Source: Candidatus Limnocylindrales bacterium
Lineage (GTDB): Bacteria; Patescibacteriota; Microgenomatia; Levybacterales; UBA12049
Reading direction: 5' to 3'
DNA: 64,000 nucleotides
NCBI GenBank assembly: GCA_035526025.1
Contig: DATLDE010000002.1
Location: 2,340-66,339 of the forward strand
Shown here piece by piece: positions 37,587 to 45,574 of the stretch (position 1 is its first letter; each line of letters begins with the position of its first letter). The notes below the pieces were generated by a model. The model searched no databases. It had not been told where the DNA came from and saw only the letters and a list, made by a program, of their open reading frames with translations. A program made the position numbers and the translations under genes.

Positions 37587-37611
37587 AAAAAAACTCCTCA
37601 ATCCGAGGAGT
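37586..37611 (-). terminator. hairpin ACUCCUC-GGAUU-GAGGAGU + U7 abutting the start codon: intrinsic terminator that also sequesters the SD of the downstream gene
   Basis: Perfect 7-bp stem at plus 37593-37599 / 37605-37611 followed by T7 on the minus strand. GAGGAG in the 3' arm is the only SD for ATG 37586. Confidence 0.55.
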
Positions 37612-37718
37612 AATACGAAAATTACTTCTGCTCGGAAGATTCTTAGGGATCTGGCTTGCCCGATTAAATCGGGATTACAGTTACGGCATAGCCCAAGATT
37701 TTCACTTGGTTCACCCCT

Positions 37719-38270
37719 TTATACTTTTTTAATCCATTTTGTTTCCTTTTTCTTTTCTTGATGATTTACAAACCTTGCCATTGTAAAGAGTAGATCTGAC
37801 AGTCTATTTACATAGATTACTACATCCTGATCAATATCCTCTGCTTGAATCAAATGAACTATTCTCCGCTCTGCACGTCTGGCGATAGTACGTGCAACAT
37901 GAAGAAGAGATCCAGCTTTACTTCCTCCTGGCAATATAAAATTCTTAAGCTCTGGAATTCTTGCAGTCATTTTATCAATTAATTTTTCAAAATCAGTCGG
38001 CCGCATATCCAAACCTTTAACGGGAAGTGCTTTAGGATTGGCTAGTGCAGATCCAATTTCCAAAAGATCATGTTGAACTTTCTCCAATTCTTCCTTAATT
38101 CTTAATTCTTGCTTTTTGCTTCTTCGCAAATATGCTATCGCGGCACCGATGGTGGAATTGAGTTCATCAATCGTTCCATATGTCTCAACACGATCATGGG
38201 ATTTGAGAACTCGTGTTTTATCAAATAAAGAAGTAGTACCTTTGTCGCCTGTTCTTGTGTAAATTGGCAT
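37719..38270 (-). CDS. cob(I)alamin adenosyltransferase, PduO type (ATP:corrinoid adenosyltransferase)
   Basis: N-terminal MPIYTRTGDKGTTSL is the PduO/MMAB hallmark. 183 aa. Confidence 0.8.
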   Translation of the reverse strand: MPIYTRTGDKGTTSLFDKTRVLKSHDRVETYGTIDELNSTIGAAIAYLRRSKKQELRIKEELEKVQHDLLEIGSALANPKALPVKGLDMRPTDFEKLIDKMTARIPELKNFILPGGSKAGSLLHVARTIARRAERRIVHLIQAEDIDQDVVIYVNRLSDLLFTMARFVNHQEKKKETKWIKKV

Positions 38271-38273
38271 AAA

Positions 38274-38792
38274 TTATTGAGCTTTGGCAGCTATAGATTT
38301 TTTAGAAAATCTCAAACCCAACTCATATGCTCCGAAAAATAACCCCACATAAAATAAATCACCTAGGAGTGAATTCCTGAAAAATGGCAACGCGTTAAAA
38401 TATGACTGAAATAATCCGTTTAGTGTTTTTGGGTATAAAGAAGTTGCGTACCAATAATTAAAGTTGGTAAGAATATAGAATAAAATTGATGATCCAAGAG
38501 TTGCCAAAACTACTGAAAAAGAAGATTTATGTTTTGAGAGCCATATTCCAATAATTCCTGTCAGAAAAAACCCCAGGTATACAAGAGGCATGCTTGCGTG
38601 AAATCCCAAAAACAAATCAGAAATAAACATCGCAATTAACGGAATAACGAGTGCATATTTCCTACTCAAATAAACTCCCCCAAATAATGCCAAAGCAGCA
38701 ATTGGAGACACATTAGCAGGATGAGGTAAGAGTCTAATCGTAACAGCAAAAGCAATGATTATTAAAGGACCTATTAAACTTGATACTTTCAT
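38274..38792 (-). CDS. six-TM membrane protein, possible solitary ECF-type S-component for cobalamin (BtuM-like)
   Basis: 172 aa with about 6 TM helices, tightly coupled (a 4-nt gap) to the PduO gene and downstream of DUF4430 and a cobalamin riboswitch. Functional call is by context only. Confidence 0.35.
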   Translation of the reverse strand: MKVSSLIGPLIIIAFAVTIRLLPHPANVSPIAALALFGGVYLSRKYALVIPLIAMFISDLFLGFHASMPLVYLGFFLTGIIGIWLSKHKSSFSVVLATLGSSILFYILTNFNYWYATSLYPKTLNGLFQSYFNALPFFRNSLLGDLFYVGLFFGAYELGLRFSKKSIAAKAQ

Positions 38793-38862
38793 AAGTTAAT
38801 TGATTTAAGATTAAAGATACAAGATTAAAGAATTCTTAAATCCTAAATCTTACTTCTTAAAT

Positions 38863-39249
38863 CTAATACTTTTCTATTTTCCACTCAATCTTATCCGCAT
38901 CTTTTGTAACATAATCAGCAGGTCCTACTTCGCTCATTTTTCCATTTACATAAAAAGCCCAGAATTCTTTGTTCTTATCCTCAGCCAATCTGCTGTTAAT
39001 TGAGGTAACTAATCCTGAAGAACCCTGTTCAACTTTTGAAAAAGCTTTCAAAAGAGTCAGAGCATCCTTACCGTTTTCCCCTGGGTAAGATACTCTGTCT
39101 GTTACGGATTTTTTTTCAGAAACTATTGTGGGCGTTGGGTTACTTACAATTTTACTGGGATTATTTACAGTAACTAAAGTTGCACCACCAAGCAGAAGTA
39201 AAAATATACCCAAACCGATTATTGTTGTTTTTTTAATTCCTTTTTCCAT
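38863..39249 (-). CDS. DUF4430-domain protein (B12-binding, transcobalamin-like fold)
   Basis: Signal/TM then ...GLVTSING...FWAFYVNGKMSEVGPADYVTKDADKIEWKIEKY, matching the DUF4430 C-terminal consensus. ATG at 39247-39249 (the track start at 39255 is TTG). Confidence 0.6.
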   Translation of the reverse strand: MEKGIKKTTIIGLGIFLLLLGGATLVTVNNPSKIVSNPTPTIVSEKKSVTDRVSYPGENGKDALTLLKAFSKVEQGSSGLVTSINSRLAEDKNKEFWAFYVNGKMSEVGPADYVTKDADKIEWKIEKY

Positions 39250-39296
39250 ATTCAAAATATGACCACTCGTGCTGCCTGCCCCCTTGGAGGGATCCC

Positions 39297-39470
39297 GTCA
39301 AAAAATAAAAATCCTTCCGGCATTTCCGAGAAGGATTCATTTGAATACTCCTGCTCGGGACTTATGAAATAAAGTTTTGTTTTCTGACTTTAACAGTTGC
39401 GGCACAGTCATGGATTTGCACCATGATTTCCAAAACTTTATAATTCTAAACTAAACCAAAATGCAATCAC
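39297..39470 (-). ncRNA. cobalamin (AdoCbl) riboswitch with intrinsic-terminator expression platform
   Basis: Minus-strand RNA contains GGAAAUCAUGGUGCAAAUCCAUGACUGUGCCGCAACUGUUAAAGUCAG, matching the conserved cobalamin-riboswitch core (GGUG-AAnUCC...C-G-CCGC-ACUGU-AA). The 3' end has the hairpin AAUCCUUCUCGG-aaaug-CCGGAAGGAUU followed by UUUUUAUUUUUU (plus 39297-39338). Sits between nrdJ and the B12-uptake genes. Confidence 0.6.
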
Positions 39471-39486
39471 TTGTATTCAATAGCTT

Positions 39487-41937
39487 TTAGCAAGCTGAAT
39501 ATCCACATGCATAGCATTTTTGGCAACCATCTTCGTATGCGAGGCTACTTGATCCACATTCAGGACAAATATCAAACAGACTTGTTGAGCTTGTGCTCAT
39601 GGCTTGCGCTGTGGTGTCAGTAAGCGCAAGTTGGGACACAACAACTGGTTCTTCATCCAATTTCGGGCCGTCAGCCTGGATACCAATCTGAACATTTACT
39701 GTTGTTCCGTTTGCAACAACCGCGTTTGACGCGGTTTCGGCTGCTGCAAATTCTTTTCTGATGGTGGCCAGCGTCTCTCTGTCCTCAACTTTTCCATTTA
39801 CTCTGAAGTTATAATGCTTGGCAAGTATCTTTGAGATCGCATCAGGAAGCGAACGGACTTTATTTTCACCAAACCCTATACTTCTTGACCCACCAATTCC
39901 TGCAAGTTCTGAAATTATCTCACGGACCCTTTCGCGAGTTGGGACAGGGCTGTGAATTCTAAGAACAAATGAGATCATGCGTCCGAGAGCATCGGCAAGT
40001 GCCATCAAATCAGATCCTGATTTTCCATGATTTATAAATACCTCAAACAAATTCTCTTTCTCGTCATGGTTTAAGGTCACATAGAGCTTTCCTGATGGGC
40101 TATCTGATTTATATGTCAGTCCCTGAAGCATCATGGGTCTTGGCATACGAGGAGTTACAGGAATAACTGGTGCTTGCTCAACCGGTTTTTCAACTGGCTT
40201 TTCAACAATTCTCTCCAGAACTCCCTGACGTGAACCATCTCTCATATATGTAACACCTTTGAGTCCCAAATCATATGCTGCCATATAGAGATTTTTTACA
40301 TCATCTATTGTGTGTGCATTTGGCGCGTTAACTGTTTTGGAGATAGATGAGTCAATATAAGCCTGTGCGATAGCCTGAACTTTTGCATGCTCAAGAGGAG
40401 TCAAATCATTGGCACTGGCAAAGTAAGCAGGTTTTTCAGCATCTGGATTGGCAAGTCTCCATTCATCAAAAAGCGGGTGATACATCGTCTCTTCTCCGCC
40501 TCTCCATTTACGCTTGAATGAAAATTCATAAACAGGCTCTATTCCTGAGGTGACTCCGGCAACAAGGCCTGTTGTACCAGTTGGTGCTATTGTCAATAGT
40601 ACTGCATTTCGGATTCCTTGTTTGGCAATTTTATCCTGAAGTTTTTTAGGCAAAGCCTGGATATGATAACCCTTAAGATATTTTTTCTTATCAAACATAG
40701 GGAAAGCACCTTTTTCTTTGGCGAGATCAGCAGATGCGTCATACGCGCTATCTCTTAAAGTTTTGAAGATCTTCTCGATAACCGGGAATGATTCCTCAGC
40801 TCCATAGCGAAGTTTCATTTTTATCAACGCATCCCCTAGTCCCATGATTCCAAGACCTGTTCTTCTGATATCTTTTGAGCTTTTCTCGTTTTCTTTGAAG
40901 AAATAGTAAGTTAAGTCAATAACATTATCAAGAAGCCTCATCGCGGTTCTGGTGTCTTTTGAGAAACTATCAAAATCAAACTCTCCATTCTTTACATATG
41001 CAACGAGATTCATAGCACCCAGATTACACACTGCCCATGGCCCAAGTGGCTGTTCACCACATGGATTTGTAGCCACAAGTCTTTCAAAATACCAAGTGTT
41101 TGATCTTTTGTTGCTACGCTCCAAAAAGTGCAACCCAGGTTCTGCTGATTTCCATGCAGCTGTACAAATAAGATCCCAGAGATATTGGGCTTTAATTGTT
41201 TTGTGAACTATTACTTTTCCTCCCAGTTTTCTCCATTTATCAATTTCACCATCCCACTTTGTATCATATTTTGGATCTGTAAGATCAGGATAGACAAGAT
41301 CCCAATCAGCATCTGCTTTAACAGCTTCCATAAATGCATCAGAAACACAGACAGATAAATTGGCTCCATTAATTTTGGTCAAATCTTCTTTAACGGTAAT
41401 GAATTCCTCAATATCTGGATGCCAATCCCAAAGCATAAGCATAGTTGCACCACGTCTTGAGCCACCTTGCTGGACGATATCATGCGTTGCAACTGAGAAA
41501 AGAGTTGCCCAGTTAACAGGACCAGATGATGTGCCATTGACTTTTTTAACTCGTGCGCCTTTAGGTCTGAGACTGGACATGTTCAGTCCTACCCCACCTG
41601 ATCTTGCCTGAATCTCAACTAATTGCCCAAGAGCTTCCAGTATTCCGTGTCTTGAATCTTTTGGAGAGGGGATAACAAAACAATTGAAATAAGTTACCTG
41701 ATAACCTGTTCCTGCACCGGACAGGATACGACCTGCAGGAACAAATTTGAAATCATCCATCACGCGGTAAAATTCTTTCTCCCACTTCTTTCTATCTGCT
41801 TTTTTCTCATTTTCGGCAATTCCACGCGCCACCCTTTTCCACATGTCATTTGGAGTCAGCTCTGTTGGATTGCCCTCCTCATCCTTGAGGGAGTAACGAT
41901 CCATAAATACTTTGTGTCTTATTCCATCTAATTTCAT
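39487..41937 (-). CDS. nrdJ: ribonucleoside-triphosphate/diphosphate reductase, class II (adenosylcobalamin-dependent)
   Basis: 816 aa monomeric RNR with active-site NPCGEQPLGPWAVCNLGAMNL and the C-terminal zinc ribbon CPECGSS...CQKCYACG typical of class II. No NrdB/NrdF partner. Confidence 0.8.
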   Translation of the reverse strand: MKLDGIRHKVFMDRYSLKDEEGNPTELTPNDMWKRVARGIAENEKKADRKKWEKEFYRVMDDFKFVPAGRILSGAGTGYQVTYFNCFVIPSPKDSRHGILEALGQLVEIQARSGGVGLNMSSLRPKGARVKKVNGTSSGPVNWATLFSVATHDIVQQGGSRRGATMLMLWDWHPDIEEFITVKEDLTKINGANLSVCVSDAFMEAVKADADWDLVYPDLTDPKYDTKWDGEIDKWRKLGGKVIVHKTIKAQYLWDLICTAAWKSAEPGLHFLERSNKRSNTWYFERLVATNPCGEQPLGPWAVCNLGAMNLVAYVKNGEFDFDSFSKDTRTAMRLLDNVIDLTYYFFKENEKSSKDIRRTGLGIMGLGDALIKMKLRYGAEESFPVIEKIFKTLRDSAYDASADLAKEKGAFPMFDKKKYLKGYHIQALPKKLQDKIAKQGIRNAVLLTIAPTGTTGLVAGVTSGIEPVYEFSFKRKWRGGEETMYHPLFDEWRLANPDAEKPAYFASANDLTPLEHAKVQAIAQAYIDSSISKTVNAPNAHTIDDVKNLYMAAYDLGLKGVTYMRDGSRQGVLERIVEKPVEKPVEQAPVIPVTPRMPRPMMLQGLTYKSDSPSGKLYVTLNHDEKENLFEVFINHGKSGSDLMALADALGRMISFVLRIHSPVPTRERVREIISELAGIGGSRSIGFGENKVRSLPDAISKILAKHYNFRVNGKVEDRETLATIRKEFAAAETASNAVVANGTTVNVQIGIQADGPKLDEEPVVVSQLALTDTTAQAMSTSSTSLFDICPECGSSSLAYEDGCQKCYACGYSAC

Positions 41938-42398
41938 ATTGTTTGTTTGGTGGGTTCTAACCCTTTCATTTCTTTCTCAAAATCTTCTATGTCAACAAAT
42001 CTCTTGAATACACTTGCAAATCTTATATATGCGACTTTATCTAGTGCTTTTAGTTTTTTTGCAACCAGTTGACCTATCATTGTGCTCTCGACCTCCATGC
42101 TGTCTTGCCCTCTCAGTTCTCGTGTAATTTCAGCAACTATTTTCTCAATTAACTCTGTTGGTATAGTTGTCTTCTCGCAAGCTTTGAGAAGTCCATGCTG
42201 TAACTTTTCCCTGCTGAACTGCTCTCTTTTTCCATCTCTTTTTATTACGTTCAGTGCGACATTTTCGATTCTTTCGTAAGTTGTAAATCTCTTACTACAG
42301 TCCAGACATGACCTTCTTCTTCTTATAGAATCCAGATCAGAACTGTCTCTAGTCTCAACAACCTCAGAATTTTTGTTACCGCAGTATGGACAATGCAT
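41934..42398 (-). CDS. nrdR: transcriptional repressor NrdR
   Basis: MHCPYCG...CLDCSKRF zinc ribbon followed by an ATP-cone. 154 aa. Stop overlaps the nrdJ ATG. Confidence 0.85.
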   Translation of the reverse strand: MHCPYCGNKNSEVVETRDSSDLDSIRRRRSCLDCSKRFTTYERIENVALNVIKRDGKREQFSREKLQHGLLKACEKTTIPTELIEKIVAEITRELRGQDSMEVESTMIGQLVAKKLKALDKVAYIRFASVFKRFVDIEDFEKEMKGLEPTKQTI

Positions 42399-42595
42399 AG
42401 TTTTATTTTAACACTTTGCTCTATCGTTATCTAGTGCTATAAAAATCATATGCCACTAGATCTTGGGTGTCAACTATATAAAAATATATCAAACAATATC
42501 AGTAGCCTCATATGAATAACTTTTATTTGTATTTTCTTACAAGCGCTATTATATTGTTTAATAATTTTCTACGAAAAAGGTTAATTCATCCACTA

Positions 42596-43180
42596 TTAAC
42601 GATTTACCTCTTTTACTCTTTTCTCAAAGTCCCTGAGCCGTCCGTGCTCAACAGCAAACTTATTTTTATCTTTACCTTTTAACTTATTTGTTATGTCTTT
42701 GAGAATTTGTTGATGTTTTTTGTTAGCATCCTTCAGTTTTTTTGAAACTTCAGATGTATTAATGCCCTGTGTTTTTGCTGCCATTGTTTGATTTATTGCT
42801 GCTTCAAAATAATTTTCAGCTTTTGAAAAAGTAGATTGTGAGAGATCCAATTTATTTTCTTTTTTTTCTGAAAGCATAAAACTTGCTTCAACCCTCTTAT
42901 CAGCTTGTAAAAGATTGAACTCGGCTTTTTCCAACGGCTTTGAAATAAAAATAGACATCATACGATCCCGCCCTGCTTTTAAAAAATACAAAGGGTGATC
43001 CGGTAAAAGCCCAGGGTAAGAAAGGGTGTAGGTAGATTTTGTAGAATCTGGCTCTCCCTCTTGAGCCGAAACGGTAGTAGTTGAGAATAGTACCATGAGT
43101 ATCACGAGCGAAACCAAAAAAGCCCGTGCTACGCTTGATACTTTTGATACCCGTGATACTTTTCGTATTTGATATTTCAT
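42596..43180 (-). CDS. secreted hypothetical protein (possibly DUF5667-like)
   Basis: Signal peptide ending TVSAQ, then YPGLLPDHPLYFLK and a K-rich helical tail. Motif recalled from CPR DUF5667 proteins. Tentative. Confidence 0.4.
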   Translation of the reverse strand: MKYQIRKVSRVSKVSSVARAFLVSLVILMVLFSTTTVSAQEGEPDSTKSTYTLSYPGLLPDHPLYFLKAGRDRMMSIFISKPLEKAEFNLLQADKRVEASFMLSEKKENKLDLSQSTFSKAENYFEAAINQTMAAKTQGINTSEVSKKLKDANKKHQQILKDITNKLKGKDKNKFAVEHGRLRDFEKRVKEVNR

Positions 43181-43190
43181 CTTTGATCTT

Positions 43191-43781
43191 TTATCTCTTA
43201 ACGCCTATTGCTTCTATGGCCATATTGAGGCTCTCTTCGGGATCATGAAAAAAAGAATTAATTACAATATCATAATATTCATCATTCCAATAATTCCACT
43301 CAAGATCATTTTTGGCGTAAAGCCTTCTCCATTTCTCAACATCATTTTTCTCACGTTCTAAGACTTCTGTTTTTGCTTCAAGCATAGACATCTGCTCTCT
43401 ATTAACAAGCCTGTCAATTCTGATTTGCGTTTGATCTGTACCATCTGCATCATCACAAAGTACAAGTATCTTAAAAACATCTTTTATATCCTTTGCAAAA
43501 TACCCAGCAAGCTTTGTCTCTAACACAATATCTTTGTCCTCTTTAAGAATTTTCTTGAGTGAATCATCAAACAATTGATCTTCAGTGTCAGGCCTGAGAT
43601 TGGTGTCTTTTGGAGAAAGCTTTAATTTTCCACGGACATTTTCCCAAAATATCTCTCCGCCTTCCATATGTTTCCACCCTAAGCGCTCAGAAATTTTTCT
43701 GGCCAATGTTGTAGATCCTGAGGCAATTCTTCCCGAAACTGTAATAATTCGTGTATTTGGTAAGTCAATTTTGTTTTCCAT
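43191..43781 (-). CDS. cytidylate-kinase-like / AAA-family nucleotide kinase
   Basis: P-loop ITVSGRIASGSTTLARKISERLG at the N-terminus. 196 aa. Confidence 0.5.
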   Translation of the reverse strand: MENKIDLPNTRIITVSGRIASGSTTLARKISERLGWKHMEGGEIFWENVRGKLKLSPKDTNLRPDTEDQLFDDSLKKILKEDKDIVLETKLAGYFAKDIKDVFKILVLCDDADGTDQTQIRIDRLVNREQMSMLEAKTEVLEREKNDVEKWRRLYAKNDLEWNYWNDEYYDIVINSFFHDPEESLNMAIEAIGVKR

Positions 43782-43823
43782 AAAGAATAACTAAAAATTT
43801 ACTCGGAATCTGTATGAGAGATC

Positions 43824-45068
43824 CTAAACGGGATTTTGTGGGGCAGTCCCACCCTGATCCCCGTCTGGAGCTGGTGGAGTTGGCGTTGCTGGAACTGGTT
43901 CAGGCTGATCAACTGGTGGTGTTACGGGAACTGGAGTTGGAACTGGAGTAGGTGCTGGAACTGAATTTTGAACAGGTGCCGGTGCTTGCCCGCTTGCAGA
44001 ACTGCTTTGCGTGGAAGCTGGAGTTGCAGGCTGCTGCCCAACCATTATGGTCTCCTCAACCAGTCTATTTGCGTATCCATATTCATTATCATACCAAGCA
44101 ATTACTTTTAACATATTGCCACCTACTACTTGAGTTAGAGATAAATCAACGATGCTTGAGTGTGAATTACCGATAATATCACTTGATACCAATGGATCAT
44201 CTGTTACCGCAAGAATTCCTTTATATTCTGGCTTATCAGCCTCTGCACGAAGAAGCGTATTTACGTCTTGTTTTGTCACGTCTTTTTTTAATAAAAATGT
44301 GAAGTCAGATAGCGAGCCAACCGGAACAGGGACTCGAACAGAAAGACCTGCAAAAACACCTTTCAACTGCGGCAATACCTCACCTGCTGCAATAGTCGCA
44401 CCAGTTGATGTCGGGATTATATTAAGTCCTGCACCCCGTGCTCTTCTATAATCACTATGCCCCCCATCTTGGAGATTTTGGTCTGATGTATACCCGTGAA
44501 TTGTGGTCATCATAGCTTTTTCAATCCCGTATGCTGACTCAATTATCTTAGCGACTGGGGTAATGCAATTTGTTGTGCAGGAAGCGTTATTTATCATCCG
44601 CTCTCCTTTATAATTTGCTTCGTTTACCGATATAACATATGTAGGCACATTGTCGCCTTTTGCCGGTGCTGAAAGAACAGCTGCCTTAGCACCAGCTGCA
44701 ATATGAGCCTGCAATTTCTCAGCAGATGTGAAGTGCCCAGTTGACTCTATAACTACATCTACATTCAGATCTTTCCATGGAAGAAGCAAGGGGTCTTTTT
44801 GAGAATAAACAGGGATTTCTTTTCCTGAAATTACGAGGTGACCAAGCAATACCTTGTCGGCAGCATCTGGATTTGGCTTAACATCGATATCCTGAGGTAG
44901 AAGTCCATAAACACTGTCGTACTTTAGGAGATACATCCACCCCTTAAGATCAGTTGAATGACCTGCATTGATTGCAACAACCTCTACTTCCTCACTATGC
45001 CACTGGAGAATTACCCTATGGGCAACTCTTCCAATTCTTCCGTATCCATTTATCGCAACTCGTACCAT
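43824..45068 (-). CDS. gap: glyceraldehyde-3-phosphate dehydrogenase, type I, with ~80-aa Pro/Thr/Ala-rich C-terminal extension
   Basis: N-terminal VAINGYGRIGR and active-site ASCTTNC. The catalytic core spans about 335 aa, then PAPVQNSVPAPTPVPTPVPVTPPVDQPEPVPATPTPPAP. Confidence 0.85.
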   Translation of the reverse strand: MVRVAINGYGRIGRVAHRVILQWHSEEVEVVAINAGHSTDLKGWMYLLKYDSVYGLLPQDIDVKPNPDAADKVLLGHLVISGKEIPVYSQKDPLLLPWKDLNVDVVIESTGHFTSAEKLQAHIAAGAKAAVLSAPAKGDNVPTYVISVNEANYKGERMINNASCTTNCITPVAKIIESAYGIEKAMMTTIHGYTSDQNLQDGGHSDYRRARGAGLNIIPTSTGATIAAGEVLPQLKGVFAGLSVRVPVPVGSLSDFTFLLKKDVTKQDVNTLLRAEADKPEYKGILAVTDDPLVSSDIIGNSHSSIVDLSLTQVVGGNMLKVIAWYDNEYGYANRLVEETIMVGQQPATPASTQSSSASGQAPAPVQNSVPAPTPVPTPVPVTPPVDQPEPVPATPTPPAPDGDQGGTAPQNPV

Positions 45069-45111
45069 AAATTAAGTATATACATGAAAATAAAATAGAG
45101 CAAGAGGAAAA

Positions 45112-45414
45112 CTACTTAGGGCCTTTTTTACCTGGAAATTCAACAACAGTGCCTTGACTATTAACTGGACCGGTAGGTTTCTTTTCGTTAGTTTTACCTA
45201 CAGGACCTAGTCCAAAAATGTCTCTAATCCCACCACTATCCACGGGTGGGGTCTGAGCAACGCCTCTTGACTGAATAAGTGGATCTGGCGAGCCCCAGTC
45301 GAAAATGCTTGGCGGACGTTTAGATGTGGATGTTTCAGCTTGTGATGTATTAACTGGTTCTGATGATTCTGTGCCTAATCTACTTCCATCTTCTACACTC
45401 ATTATTAATAACAT
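45112..45414 (-). CDS. hypothetical low-complexity protein
   Basis: 100 aa, S/T/P/G-rich, no motif. Immediately upstream of gap. Confidence 0.35.
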   Translation of the reverse strand: MLLIMSVEDGSRLGTESSEPVNTSQAETSTSKRPPSIFDWGSPDPLIQSRGVAQTPPVDSGGIRDIFGLGPVGKTNEKKPTGPVNSQGTVVEFPGKKGPK

Positions 45415-45574
45415 CTCAAAAAATTAATTATGTGTCAACAGGAAAATATAAAAATAATTCTCTTTTTTATTGATTTATTTCGCAGAAGTCTTTTTGGTGG
45501 ATTTAAGATGTATACATTCATCAAAGCCTAGATAAATCATTATCTTTATGACACCATGGTGAAACGCATTAAAT

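Noticed and set aside
30816-37601. Integrated prophage downstream of the Xer-like recombinase/tRNA-Ile
   Set aside because: No terminase, portal, capsid, tail or lysis-like proteins in the following 6 kb. The content is a T4SS-type ATPase cluster instead. Retained only as a possible integrative-element boundary.
37587-37601. Annotated starts at TTG 37601 (477-aa gene) and TTG 39255 (DUF4430 gene) from the ORF track
   Set aside because: In-frame ATGs 15 and 6 nt downstream have better SD spacing, and the TTG start would lie inside the terminator stem. Downstream ATGs used instead.
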